A stretch of DNA of 45,216 nt, filler included, from Catajapyx aquilonaris (GCA_000934665.2; 2 parts of 2 records of this genome joined end to end with filler, not necessarily neighbours in it); one strand, 5' to 3'; shown: positions 10,783 through 24,277, numbered from the whole stretch's first letter. A program made the numbers and translations. The notes: generated from the sequence alone by a model not told the origin.

Positions 10783-13700
10783 CCAAGTATGTTGTAGTGG
10801 TAGTTGTCATGCGCGGGTTTTGGATAATAAATAATTCAATATGACATGAGGGCACTCATTACAAACTTGTTTACGAGTCACAAAGCACTAAACAAAAGCC
10901 AGGGGTATTTTTCTGTTGGTATTACCAGTCGCGGTGAAATTTTTGTGGCTGTACAGAAACTCGATCCTCATACTGTATGCCAGGAAGTATCACTTACAAT
11001 TAATGATATTATCTCGCAACTTCGTTACTCCTGATGTAGAGTGTAATGCATGCGAGGCTTCAAGGCACCACTTAATGTGCTTCCTTTTTTTGTGTGATTT
11101 TGCCATTGTGTGTATATAGAGCGTGTTGTAGACTTCAAAGTGCTATTCTTAAAAATAAAAAAAGTACCATTCATTATATCAGAGTGGAAAACTCTCGAAT
11201 GGCTTTTCATGTGCAAAATAATTAACGGTGGCAATTTTTATCTTCGCCCAATGAATGGCAGGCACCGTCTCGCTAATTATCAAGGATTCACGTATATCCT
11301 GTTCATTGAAACATGTTTGATGAAAATTGGACTTTTGCATCTCCCGGCTTTTGAAAGGCATCTCCCGACGTCATTGTACGGCAAGATTGGTTCACGGAAT
11401 TTCCGGAATTTCTCAGACTCTGGCCATTCTCTAAATACGTAAATACTCCCTAGCTCTCAAGCCACGTTGTGCACTGTTGCCTACATAATTCCCATCCGAA
11501 GGCAAGTGTTCCAAGGTTCCCTAGGGCGATATTGTACATATTTCATACCATCTCCTGAATTAAACAACACCGTTTTAATAATTCATGCACAAATTTGAAG
11601 CTTAGTTCATAGTACAGCACTTCATTAACAGCTCCCCATGCGCTTACTCCCCTCCCCCTCCCCATATCAAATGTGGGAAAACTATACATGACGGTATGCT
11701 CATTCCAATTTTCTTTCCATACATAAGTCCGGCTTACTGCTACAACCTGCTGCATATGAGCAAAGTAGCAGATGGCACTTTATTACTGTCAGGACTGCTC
11801 ATCCTCCACCAAATAAATCTGCTTGTTAAGGCCCTAGAATCTATCGGCCGGTTGGGATTAGAGCGCAGGCTCCACTTAGGACCTAATGCTATTTCGGCAC
11901 CCCGGGGCAAAAAAAAGGAAAAAAGAACGGCGGATTTGCCACACAAATGAATTGTCCGCCCCACCCTAGATCCTAGTCTGCGTGTCTCCGCACCCAAGAA
12001 ATAAAGAAGGAAGTAAGTAGACTGCAGTGCTTCCCTCTACTGGAAAAAAGGAAGGTGGTGGGTGGGGGAAGGGTGGAAAAAAAAACAGGGGGGGTTCGTT
12101 AGGGTGGCAATTCCGCCCGCTACGTGATAATTGAAAATCCTAACTTTTCCGGGGCTGGCAACGACCCCTGGGGAGTACGGCCGGAATTGGCGGTGGAGCA
12201 TTGTTGGCGTGTTGCGCCAAATTTTTGGACAGTTGTACCCAAGTGCGCTGGGTGTACTTGACTTCAGAATTGGATTTATAAGATGTCGGAAATTGTCGCA
12301 AATCTAGCGGGAAATATTTGAAACTAGAAATGGGCTTTTTTCCCCCTTCCTGCCTGTAAATGGCTCTCGGCGGATTCGCAGCATTAAAAAAATGCGTAAT
12401 TACATTTTTCACTTTGCCGAATCACATTAAGCATCGTTATGTGCTTTAATGAAATTCATTGTCTTTCATGGACTGGAAATTTATGCCTGGTTCTGCACGG
12501 GATGGAACTCCCCACACACACACAAAAAAAGCGATTTACAACCTGCTAGGCAACCATGTGTTGTGTTCTGCCCTGCATGCTGCCAACTCAGCCAGTACAA
12601 CCATGCACTACTTAACTGTCATGTTACGCGATGTCTCCAGCATTTAAAACGAACCTTAGCTCCCCTCTAGAAAATGCTTACACGTACACTTGAAAAGCCG
12701 CGCCTTGTGCGTGACTTGTCGATATGTCAATTGGTCCAAATTACTGCCTCTTTTTTCCACAGAGTTGCTTTCCATGTTGGCTGTCACGTACTTAGGGCTG
12801 TCACTACGGCACGCATCGATAGAGACGTTGCTAGGGCCCCCTCTAGACCCACAGTATCGCATTATACACTCGACAGCCCCTCTGTAGCAACATGTACCGC
12901 AGTGTATAGCCTTAAAATAGGAACGGAGAAGGGAGCTTTTGTGTCTGTTGTAACAACCACAAAGGCAAGATATGCAAACCTTTAGAGAGAGTCCAGCTCT
13001 CCAGCATACCCTGAGGAGACGGCTCCCTTTCTCTTCACTCGTCTTGGACACAAACGAAGTAAAAAAAAGGAAAGTCTTGGGCAAGTGGTGTTTACCCCAA
13101 AGCCTCTGTTTGTACAGTATTCATATTGTATGCCAGTTTTCTTTAGCTAGCTAACTCACATAGTATATAGCTCAAATCCAACCGCATAGTTGATGCCGGC
13201 CGGCTAATTCACAATCACAACCAAATTGCGTGGGTATTTTTAACAGCAGTTTAAAAAGTATAGTGTAATGCGGGCGCGCTTTGTGATGCAGATTTTTCAG
13301 ATCGTGGGCCAAATGTATGCAAACTCAGGGACGCGGATTAAGCCAATAATTTGTATTGGGCGATGAAGGGTTGGATGCACCGGCAGGGAGCGGGTATTGC
13401 ACCGGTATATACATACGTGAGACAGCCCGATTAGCCCAACGCGTTTCTGGGGGAAATGAAGGATTTATTCGCAATTTGCTCCGGCAAAAGAGTTTGTAAT
13501 ATTACTTGCTTGATGCTCGATGAGAAACGGATCTTCCTCTTCTTTTGATCTTGTTCTCTGCCTTCTTCAAAGCTACTCTTTTCCATCTTTTTTGCGCTTG
13601 TTTGCAGGCAGATAGCATTTGCTGGTCCAGAAGAGGTGAAAGAAGGTCTAGCCATAAGAATAGTGTGAAAAATATGCTGCTTCACCAATCAATTTCATTT

Positions 13701-15660
13701 GAATCTAACCTAAAAATATGGCTGAATGTTTTTTTTAAAATACAAATTCCCAGGATAATTACTGCTAGAGTGTTAAACACTGGACTGTTCTTGTTAGCTA
13801 CAGTTTTAGTAGCTCTTTACAGGGAAAAAGCGTTAGGCTATTTGAGGGCTCCGGGATGGGATACCATCATGGGCTCATCACCATAACACTAGCAACAGTA
13901 ATGGGTGCGCCATGAATATTTCAGCTCGTAATATACTCCACCCTTTTTATGCAGTCCCCTAACTGTACAGTACTGTCTTTCCAAATCTTATGCTAAAATA
14001 ACTCTGTACCACGTTCCATGTTAGCACCCATGCGGAAACAGCTACAGTTAAATAAGAAGGTCTGCGAATTTTGTGCGCTTCGGTGTGGCTAATGCCCTTC
14101 GATAATTTATCTGGCGAAGGATTTGCGGAGTGGAGGCAGGGAAGGTATAGGGAGGAAGGTGGGGGGGGGGGGNGGGGGGCTCTTAGGTATGCAACGTCTC
14201 CCGAGCAAACTTTTCCGCCGAATGAGAGTGAGCAAATGGAAGGCGACGTTCTTCGTCTTGCAAGTTTTGACGTTTTGTCGGTATAATTAAGTCAGCTCTG
14301 CGGAAAATAAAGAGCTAGGAGCGATGCAGGGCGGTGGCTTTTTGCAAAAGGATCATCTCCGCTTTGGCCTTTTCCAACTCCGGGAAGACTTAGCGACATT
14401 CGGGGGAGGGCCTATAGGAATCGACGCTAGCTGGCGCGGGCGTACAAACGACATCTATCGGATGGCCTCAAAACATTCCAGCCTGAAGCATCCCGGTCCA
14501 AGCCAGAGTTTTGTTTACATTCAGCTCAGGCACAGGGCAAATGGCCTGGAGGAAGGGAAGCGCATCTTAAGTTAGTTGGGGAAGTAGACAGCAGGGAGAA
14601 TCAACTCGTCCCACTTTGTGCCCCCCTTTCCAAAGGAGACAGGGAATCCGGAGATTTGCTGAGGATGAGGGTACAGCCGTCATCAGGTGATGAAGACGGG
14701 ATAGGATTCAGCCCTGCACGTGATTCATCAGAGGATTGCACCCTACCTATAATACCACGGGATCCGCTCATTTGCATTCCCTCCTGCTTTCTTGGGCGGC
14801 TGGATTTAATTGCGGACTGATTTATGGCCGGGGATAAGCGCGGTCCATCAGAACTGTCCAGTATAGTCAACAATACTACCGGAGAATACGGTCAGGGTGA
14901 TTAAAGGCGCTGTTTGTCAGATATTGGATTTAATATGTTCAATCTAACCTATCCAGCAATAGTCGATGTGGCCCAGCAAGTTCCACAATAGTTAAGTCTC
15001 AAATGTCCAATGAGTGCGGATAAAGGAACAAGTGGGAGTCCCAATGAAGGTGTGCGGAGCGTTCTGTAGTACCTGATGCACCTACCAATGAAGAGCTAGG
15101 ATCGATACAACCCAAGCCCGTCTCTTCTTCTTCTTCCACTGCCTGGTCTCCCCCGATAGATTAACGTGTCCTAGCAAACGGCCCTACAAAAATATATCGG
15201 CAATTATTGCTGGCATTGCCATGCTCTTCCTGAGGCAACAGCAGTTCGTTCAGTTGCAGCCCTTTTATTTCATCCGTTCTCATTCGCTCACTTAAGCCCA
15301 GAGGCACACACGCCAAGTGGCCTCAAGCTATCATTTGCAAGTGGCATCGGGTTGCATGTCATCCTTTTTTTTTCAAGCACTGATCGTTTTGTGCAATTAC
15401 CCCCACCGATCACCGGTTGTGCGTAACTATACACTGATGGCTATAAGTTTATAGCCGGCAGAACGAGTACGTGCATTATCTCGGATCATCCCGGGCTGGA
15501 AATATCTGATGGCATGCCAATATTGGATTTGTATGAACCTATACGCTGCGCAAATATCATTGAAATTGACAGCTGTATCTGCCTGCATTTTAACCTGCTA
15601 AAATAATGCGCAACTTTAAAACAAACGCACGCTTTAAAAAGCTGTACAGAAACAGTACGA

Positions 15661-15907
15661 TATACCAACGCCTGTTGGGTACACCATCCGTGATACAAGC
15701 GTGATGTTGCGTACAGTTCAGGATGAACATGGTATCGTAGCGCCTGTTGGGTATACCATCTGTGATACAACGGTGCGGTTGCGTACAATTCAGGATGTAT
15801 ATCACCGCATACCACCCATGATACAACGGTGCGGTTGCGTACAACTCAGGATGTATATCACCACATACCACCCATGATACAACGGTGCGGTTGCGTAGTC
15901 CAGGATA
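15661..15907. repeat. Minisatellite with 72-bp then 56-bp periods
   Basis: Core GATACAA...GTTGCGTA..TCAGGAT at 15692, 15764, 15820 and 15876. Confidence 0.92.
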
Positions 15908-17189
15908 AACACTGTACCTGCCACTGCTCAAAATTCAGAACCACTTTTGGATGTCGTTCCCAGCTGTTGGCACGCTCCTTATAAACGTCTATCACAAGGG
16001 TATTCTTAGATGGAAGTGGCTGTCATGCCTCTAGCACACAAACCCCTTCCAGTTTGAATAGTAATGTAGAAAAAGTTAATGGTGATTGACCTCAAGTCAA
16101 GTCTGATTTTCTACAAAGATGGCTGCTTCGGATGCGGCAGTCGATGGGCGAGATCCAGCGCGGTTGAGCTGCGCAAACAAGTGAATAATTCACTGATTGT
16201 AATGACGTGGATCCATTATGAATAGGCGCCGGAGAACAGCAAATGGAACGGGACCCGGTAATAATTATTGGTCTACCTCTCCACCCCCCTTTTTCACCCC
16301 GCCTCTCCCCGTCTCTAGGGGGAAGGAGGGGGGATAAAAAAAAAGTTTCGTAGCGTAACCACGATGTCCCATCGGTAAATGATCGGCTGTTGGGCTGTGA
16401 AATACGAGTCCAATCTCAGCTAGAATGCATTTGGCCTCAGGTGCGAGGGCCTTTTCCAGGGACTATCGGGGAGGATATTTTACAAATGATTATTCCACTC
16501 GAGTTCTATAGCGCGTGTGGTTACCTCATCCGGATTCTCCACCCAAAAAAAAACGTAATTAGCAGTTTGTATTCTTTTGGGATTTATGTCGTTATCTATT
16601 GTTCAAAAATATGGGAAGGGAGTTGGATTGTTAAGTTGGCATAAATGCGGGTTGTGCAGGATTTGCAAACTTGATTGATGTGCCAGTACAGCAGGTTCAG
16701 CAGGAGTGTACAAGGATTGTCGAATCAGGAAGATGTCACCAGAAACTGTCCTTCCTAGCAAAAGACAAGAAGAAAGCGTAGTTACCCATCCGTCCCACTG
16801 CGGACAAATCGAGTTAATTAATTAAGTGCGCTTCCTCCGCTAATTGCGCGCTTGCTGTAATTCCGCCCGAATCGCAAAAACCAATTTCATTTGGCGAAAG
16901 TTTGCCTCTGCTCTTCTCGCTCCGGCAGCTCTTAACTCTCTTAAACACAATATATCCCGATTCCTCTCCCGGCCATTATTAGTTTCCTCATCACCAAGTT
17001 GGACCCGGCAGCAAGTAAGTTGGGCGCTGACTCAGATTCCGCTATTTCTTTGCCAATCCAAGTTTGCGACTCTTGCTGCAAACCCGTCTGTTCATGTCTT
17101 CAGTGTGACATCCCCTGCATCCAGTAGATGGAGTTGTGTCAATTGGCAGTTTTTGCCCAGAGATGGCGTGGAGGTGCTGTGGGAGGAGG

Positions 17190-17524
17190 CTATTATGCGA
17201 TTCACGAGTCCTGGCCTGTTAGGCTCCTCCCCCGTCCTCCGCCCTTTGAAGGCGAGGTTGCCACGTCCGTGTCCGCGTCCGCCATGGCCTCACACGCCTG
17301 CCAGGAGGATGGGGGAGAGCACTTGGCAGCAGTGGATCGCATTGGGGGGGACAACCAGGACGGGAAATACGACGAACCACCTATCCCTTGTTGAGACCGA
17401 ACCCCGCACCAGTGGCTCCAACTCGCGAGAATCACGAGCATTCCAGGCCTGATTTCTTCCGCCGCTGACGTTGGGAGGAGGTGAGTGGAGCCTAACAGGC
17501 CAGGACTCGTGAATTGCATAATAG
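17190..17524. mobile_element. MITE with ~38-bp near-perfect terminal inverted repeats
   Basis: CTATTATGCGATTCACGAGTCCTGGCCTGTTAGGCTCC ... GGAGCCTAACAGGCCAGGACTCGTGAATTGCATAATAG (1 mismatch). Possible TA target site. Confidence 0.8.
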
Positions 17525-18718
17525 GAGTTGTGTGGTCAGTCGTGAGACAGCCTGGAGCGAGGCTAGTTGGGTTAGGAGCATTTGACTGCCATGATGTTTT
17601 GAGGCACCCGGTATCTGCGGCAGACAGAAGGGTTGTTGAGCCAGCTTAACCCAGTCCTGAGAGGTGGACGGAAGTTGGTACCGTCGGGAAATGAGCAGGA
17701 ACCGGCTTCCTTTCATCTTCAACTCCCAGACCTGCCGCATCCCAATGTCCTCATTTCTGAAACCCCCGCAATGAGCACAATACCTAGTAAACTTGAGTTG
17801 GAAAAATGCGCACTATTTCTCGATAGAGCTTCGTGTCCAGCCTGTTAATCCAGAAGGCTAATAATAATATGAAGAAACGTGCCGGGACCGTTCGGATGGG
17901 CTATTCCCAAACCAACTTCCAACTCTTGTGTCCCCTGCCGGTCCTCCCTTCCTCCCTGCCCCCAGCCCACGACCACATCAGTGCCAAACCGCCTCTGCAG
18001 AGGGAATTCCAGCCGGAACATGCTTTTTAACTTTGGGCAGAAAGCCCGGCGATAAAATAATGCGGCTCTAAATCATGGGCTGGCGAGCCGGAGCCATACG
18101 TATACGGTACGCTGCTTCATTGCCGCGCTATATACCCTCCTCTTTTCCTTTTCCTTCCTCTTTGGTCGCTATCGGTCCTTCCGGATTGAGCATGTTTTTT
18201 CCCCGCTGATGTTTGGCCCTTTCCTTTTCCTTTCCCACACATCCTTCCTGAACGATTGCTTTTTATTGGCGGAGACTGAAGTTACAGCTAGTTATCAGGC
18301 GGCCACAGTCCACCGGTCAAATAGTTGGCTCGACGCTCAATGCAGATAACGCGCACGGAATACGTATGTCCGCCTGATGCCTAATTCTGGCCCGGAAACG
18401 ACTATACACTTTACCACTCGTCACTCCCTCGGGTACTGTACGGACTTGGAGATTCGTGACGTGGATGCCCGTAGCGCCGCCTTAAGCGGACCAAGCTCGA
18501 TTACATAGGTTGGAAGGTGAGGACAACAATATAAAGCCCGGAGCAGATGCATGTGAGCAGAATATCCAGTGGTTTTGATTTCTCCAGTCCATTGTGACAA
18601 ACACAACTGGAGGGTTGGCTGAGGCATCTGTGGCATATATGGCATATGTGGTTTGGGCTCTCAGCCTAGACGAGCCGGATCTGTCACCATAGTTCATATC
18701 ATGGTCTTAGAATACTAA

Positions 18719-19036
18719 GGTCTGGACACTCCCTCTTATCACCTGCCGGGGCATTTTGCACCTGAGAGCGCCATGAGCCCTTTCCCTACCGGACCCTACC
18801 GGACTACGCTGAACTTTATAGGTACAAGAGGGAAGCGCTACATGCTGGCCCAACATGGCCGCCGGCTACCATGTTGGGTGTAGCGCTTCCCTTTTGTACC
18901 TATAAAGTTCAGCGTAGTCCGGTAGGGTCGCCACATAATAGCTCCGTGAAAGGTCTCATGGCGCTCTCAGGTGAGCACCTCATCCAAAACGCCCCGACAG
19001 GCGATAAGATAATATTATAGGGGTAGTGTCCGGGGC
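18719..19036. mobile_element. Palindromic MITE, possibly PIF/Harbinger-like
   Basis: Whole element folds back: GACCCTACCGGACTACGCTGAACTTTATAGGTACAAGAGGGAAGCGCTACA vs TGTAGCGCTTCCCTTTTGTACCTATAAAGTTCAGCGTAGTCCGGTAGGGTC. Termini GGTCTGGACACT / AGTGTCCGGGGC. Confidence 0.8.
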
Positions 19037-20638
19037 TTGGTTCATATACTGACCACAGTGCCTGGCTACCACACCTGGTGCATGTGTAGGGCACACACTA
19101 AGTAATGAGCCTCGCGCTATAATTAGGCCAGATCGCAAGCTTGTACAGTGCACACACGCGTCGCCTGAGGAAACCCAACCTTTGCTGCATCTGAAGCTAC
19201 TGTACAGCCTGGAGGTGAGACAGTTTGTGTTTGAGCTGCAGCAGCCCCCCCNCCGAACTGTTTGCCCATGCGGCCAGCCCCATATCAGCCTCGTCACGGC
19301 AGTGGCTTGGTGTCTTTGCGAGCACACTTCAATCCCAGGTGCGACCCTACGCCATAATTGCATCATTCCAAGCCCCCCGTCCCGGTACGTTCTTGCAGAA
19401 ACACTATGTCACACTAGACCCATAAAAAACTGCGCACTATGAAAAATCAATTACGTGCAGAAACTTGCCAACATGGGCCCCCCTACCCCGCGCTTTACGC
19501 CCTCCGGCTCCGTCAGCAGGGATTATTCTGTTATCGTTATATTGCGAGGCGTACTGGTTAGTTCCTGTCAGAGCGTGTAGGCCTAGCGATATTAATAGAT
19601 GAAAAAAGTTAATTAGAATACGTTATATTGTCAATCATAGAAGCGTTTGAGCATGTGATACACGTACGATAGTTGTAACTAATTACCGATTTGACGTGAT
19701 GGCATCAAAATAGGGTTGCATGTAATATCAGCTAGAAGTTTTCAATTATGCATATTGTCATTATTAATATCGTTATCAACATCATATGTACCGGAGATCG
19801 AACTCAGTACCTGAAAGGTGCGACTTCACAGCTATGTGGCCCAACTTTTGTAGTGCTAGTGATTCACTATAAAAGTGTAAAGTTAGTAATTATTAATTAC
19901 GTATTTCCAAAAAAATTATTAAATATGCAGGCGAGGACTTCGCAACTTCCTGACCGCCACAACCCAATTTCATAAAACCTATCCGAAACACCTTTGGGTC
20001 CAGCCCACCTCCTGCATAATAATCGACTATGGGCCAAAATGAGAGGCGATGTTATTACAGTAATGAAATTACCGCTTCTCACCTTGCTCAAAATGGAATC
20101 ACACCGCAATTTAATCACTCCCCGAACCAGAAGTGCCACAGGAGGTCTCAAAAAAATGTTCCCCCCAACAGCCCACATCAAACTTTGTTCCAGAGCTACG
20201 CCACCTCCACTTATAACGGTCTCGATCACCGCGACCCGTTAACTGCTATTATGCTATTGGAGCATATAACCTATTTTTTATGTGTATATAGGCAAGGTGA
20301 GGCTTTTGAAGCGAGCGAGTTGATGAGGCTGAGAGGCGTTCCTTCTGGCGCCAGGCGTGCTTTTTTGGCGCCAAGGGTAGGTGGGAAGGGGTCTAGGGGT
20401 GGTGGAGACGGGGACACTTTGTTTCCACAACAAGCGCGTTCATCAGACGAGCCTCATTACCCCACCAGCAGTTAGTTTGCGATGCGGAAGAGCCCTTTGC
20501 ATAGCCTGTTTAGGGACCGTCGGGAGAGGCTTGTCTATTTTCATCTTTTTTTTGCGAGCCTTCTTGGGAATCTACTGAACGGAACGGAATCAAGGCCTGT
20601 TCCGCTGAAATTCCGTTAGATGTCGGTAGTACAGTGTG

Positions 20639-20758
20639 GCTGACATCTAACGGCAGTTTGAAGGTCGTTGCTGACATCTAACGGCGGTTTGAAGGTCGTT
20701 GCTGACATCTAACGGAGGTTTGAAGGTCGTTGCTGACATCTAGCGTCCAGATTTGAAG
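20639..20758. repeat. 31-bp tandem repeat, about 4 copies
   Basis: GCTGACATCTAACGGCGGTTTGAAGGTCGTT units start at 20639, 20670, 20701 and 20732 (the last is degenerate). Confidence 0.93.
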
Positions 20759-21467
20759 CTGTGAACGTATGGCGTGTGTGCGTGTTGCACCTACGCGCTT
20801 CTGTAAACCATTCGCGTGACGCAGAAACAGACGGAATATGGCGGAGGTTTATTCTGGTAGGCATCCACCGCCGCCTCTTATAATCAAATCACTGCCAGGT
20901 CTCTCAGGGAATTGCATGTAGCGAAGGGGGAGGCCTGTGACTGCACTACTCTCCAGAAAACCCAAATAGAAAGGGCCCCCCATTTATCCAGTCCTATTCA
21001 ACAATAGTCCAGTTTTCTGTGGGGAGGCGAGAAATGTTAGGACTTTACTCCCTTCCTTCCTTCCAGCCTTTAGTACGGTTGGGGCGTGATGGAGACGGGC
21101 TTTTATTAGCAGTTGGGAGGCTGAGACACGAGCTAGCAAAAATGGCTCGTAAATCAGCTGGGGTTGCGTAATTGATTCTGGAGCCATGATGAATGCTGGG
21201 TAACGTGCAAGGAGCGACCTTTCTTGTATAACTCTGACTCTTGGGGCTTCTTACCTCTAGAGCTTCCTGTGGGGTACGGATCTCGACAAAAGGAAACTCT
21301 GAAGGAGAAGAAAAAAAACAGTGGAAGGGAGACATTGATCGGGTACAAAATGGGTTGTGGACTTATGGTGCTGCTCCGGCTTGATTTGGCGCTTCAAGGG
21401 TTATGGGTTACGCAGCTGTGCAATAAATATGACCACACTTGGATATGTGAGGTATGTGTGAAACTGA

Positions 21468-21836
21468 CAAGGGAACGACCAAGGTCGGTCACCTCCAATT
21501 TGGTTGAAACTTGCTTGAGGGATCACTCGTGTGCGATAGACACTGTGGTGAAAGTCCTAGATGACACTGCCCAGCCGTTTCCGAGATATGACCCACAGAA
21601 ACATCCGAATTTTGTCCGCGCGTAAAGGGGAATAGGAGCCTTGCCGTGCCTTGCACTTGTCCCTTCCCGCCCGACACCTGTACGCGCGGACAAAATTCGG
21701 AATTGTTTGTGCTCATATCTCGGGAACGGCTGGACAGTGTCACCTAAGACTTTCACCACTGTGTCTATCTCACATGAGTGACCCCTCAAGCTAGTTTCAA
21801 CCAAATCGGAGGCGACCGACCTTGGTCGTTCCCTTA
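21468..21836. mobile_element. Fold-back MITE with ~160-bp inverted arms
   Basis: AAGGGAACGACCAAGGTCGGTC...CCGAATTTTGTCCGCGCGTA is inversely matched by TACGCGCGGACAAAATTCGG...GACCGACCTTGGTCGTTCCCTT. TGA flanks both sides (possible 3-bp TSD). Confidence 0.88.
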
Positions 21837-22556
21837 TGAATGTAAGGAATTTCAGGCAATGTCCCATATTTTTGTGAAAAAACTTAGCATTAGGAATAAC
21901 TGCTGCAGTGCTAATGAACCAGCCAGTACACTGCATTAACGCGTTATAAATACCCATAACCAGCACCCTATAATGTCAGATTAAAGTACCTGCATGGAAA
22001 TAATTACACCCGTACTTCAAACTTTTGAAATACCGGGAAATGATTACCCTGTCACGTATCGATACAGTTCGCGTGATCTCGTTAATAACTAGGCGAGCAT
22101 TGGCCGAGAAAACGTAACGAATCATTTTCATTACCCGGTACTGGTTGTAGAGTGAGGCGAATATCCGGGGGGTTTCAAACTGCCTCATTCCCATTCGCCT
22201 GAATGGTGGTAGTCACATTCTGTTTTCAGATAATCACCTCATCACACTCCACTGTACATTACATGCGCAGATTACACAAAATAATTACATTCGTATACCC
22301 AAAGTGAATACAAATCTTATGGCGAAACACAACTTTAGAAAAAATATATATGCTTTTGTTTTCAGCTGGACCAGCTTCCTGACTCACGATTGGCCAATTA
22401 ATAATCCGGGATAGGTTTGTTTTTGCGCCGATACGTACGCCAGGCTGCCAAATACAAGCTGGTTTTGCGCTTGACGGCTGCCGATGGGCCTTAGGGAAAA
22501 CCGGGTGCAGAAGACAATTCACTTGCAGCCCTTCGCAATGTCGCTTCCGGGTGTGC

Positions 22557-22656
22557 NNNNNNNNNNNNNNNNNNNNNNNNNNNNNNNNNNNNNNNNNNNN
22601 TTAATTAATTAANNNNNNNNNNNNNNNNNNNNNNNNNNNNNNNNNNNNNNNNNNNN
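22557..22656. other. Artificial contig-joining spacer
   Basis: Exactly 44 N + TTAATTAATTAA (stops in all six frames) + 44 N = 100 bp. The flanking segments are 22556 and 22560 bp long. Confidence 0.93.
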
Positions 22657-22691
22657 CCCGGGCACCCCGGCCCCCCCTAAATCCGCCACTG
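22657..22691. mobile_element. Terminal fragment of a hAT-like non-autonomous element at the contig edge
   Basis: Reverse complement reads CAGTGGCGGATTTAGGGGGGGCCGGGG, a CAGTGGCGGAT-type terminus, truncated by the spacer. Confidence 0.5.
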
Positions 22692-24129
22692 GTATACCAC
22701 CCAGTGTTACTGATGTTGTCTGCGTGAAATTGAGGTGTGCTGCATGACTTATTCCCCCAGAATTAGAACTTGGTTGCTCTACCCCGCACGGCAGTACCAT
22801 ATAATAACATGCAAATAACACCACGACTCGAGTAATATCAATGCTCATATAGTACTTTTTGCGGCAGCACTTGTTGGCGGGCAAGAGGTCTTGGGCTGTG
22901 GCCCAAGAGACACCTTCCTCCTTACTTCGTGGAAGGTTTGCCCGATTCCAGATATAGTACCACCATGAATACTACCGAATGATTTTAAATGGAGCGCCTG
23001 CTGCTAAAACGCTTATTCCCCTGTCTCAAATAACTAACCAAGAACACACAACTGTTTATTATTATCGTATTTCAGGTGACCTCCCAACACGTTTCCGTGG
23101 TAACCCTCACGTTTCCATAGGGAATCCCCAAACCCTCCAAAAGGAGTAGCTACACAGTGTCAACAATGGAACACTTGCGTGTTTTAATTTATTCATTGTT
23201 AATTACTTGCAATTTCAAAATTCAATTACACTTGAGCGAAATGTTTCTTCACCCAATGAATAGTGCCATTCGACTCAGCCCATGGAGGAGCTTCAGGAAA
23301 TGTATAGAAACCTGCAATATGGGGGGGGCGCTAAAGTGACTTTATGCATTCAAGCCTTGGAGAGTCAAGCCCTCTACTATGCTGCCAACTGGCGGAACAA
23401 CTTACATTACGGGATACATACCGCCCGGTTGGCAGACTACCCATTCCAGCGGCACTACAAAGTGGGGAGGGAAGGAGCCAGCGACCAATGGAGGATAACT
23501 TCTCTTTGCCCAATCTGGTTACGGCTTTCACCGCCACATTTTCTTGCATACCGTATCGCGGGATACAGTTTTGTTGATTCGTTCACCTGTGCCGGCAGGG
23601 AGTGTGTGCCGGTACCGACCGGTACAGTACCACTACCCCGGGCCGCTATGCAGTACTTGTATGAGACCGGACCACGGTACCGACACTCCTCTTATCGCGT
23701 GCCGTTATCGGCTCCCACCCGTTAGAGGGGAGGGTTGCCGATTAAGCACTGGTGTCAGGGACTGGACCGAAGAACCGGAGAACCGAACCATGATAATATC
23801 CTGAATGGGCTCACCCACGGACCAGTTTTAGTTAAACTGAAACTGAAGCGCCTTTAGTGAATATTTACATGTAGGCCTGTAACCTGGCTGAATCTGGTGG
23901 AATGTATTGCAGTATTCCCAGCATGTACAGTGCTGTACTTAGGACAAGTGCTAACAGCTCTTGGTGCTAATAAGTATTACCAAGAGGTATTACCGGGTAT
24001 TACTGTGGCACAGGGAACCACTATAATCTGCCAGGAGAGCATACACTCCTAGAAACTAAATGTTCGGTAAAATCATTGGGAGCTGCGATCCTGTGCTGAA
24101 AATTTGATGGCGTGACAGGTAACAGCTAA

Positions 24130-24277
24130 GGGCCAGTTGCACCGGCCTCAGTATAACTTAGAACCTCAGGTATAACAAGAATTGGCATAGCAATCATTGT
24201 TGACCAACAATGATTGCTATGGCAATTCTTGTTATACCCGAGGTTCTAAGTTATACTGAGGCCGGTGCAACTGGCCC
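24130..24277. mobile_element. PIF/Harbinger (Tourist-like) palindromic MITE
   Basis: TAA-GGGCCAGTTGCACCGGCCTCAGTATAACTTAGAACCTC...GAGGTTCTAAGTTATACTGAGGCCGGTGCAACTGGCCC-TAA. 148-bp near-perfect hairpin with TAA TSD. Confidence 0.9.

Noticed and set aside
15661..15907. CRISPR-like repeat-spacer appearance
   Set aside because: The linkers are duplicated rather than unique, the context is eukaryotic, and there are no cas genes.
16844..17452. Longest supplied ORF (202 aa)
   Set aside because: Non-ATG start, no recognisable domain, and it runs through a GC-rich MITE.
20639..20758. 31-bp repeats as a CRISPR array
   Set aside because: Units are directly adjacent with no spacers.
23282..23725. 147-aa ATG-initiated ORF
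   Set aside because: No recognisable family, and its 3' part runs into GGTACC-rich repeat-like sequence.
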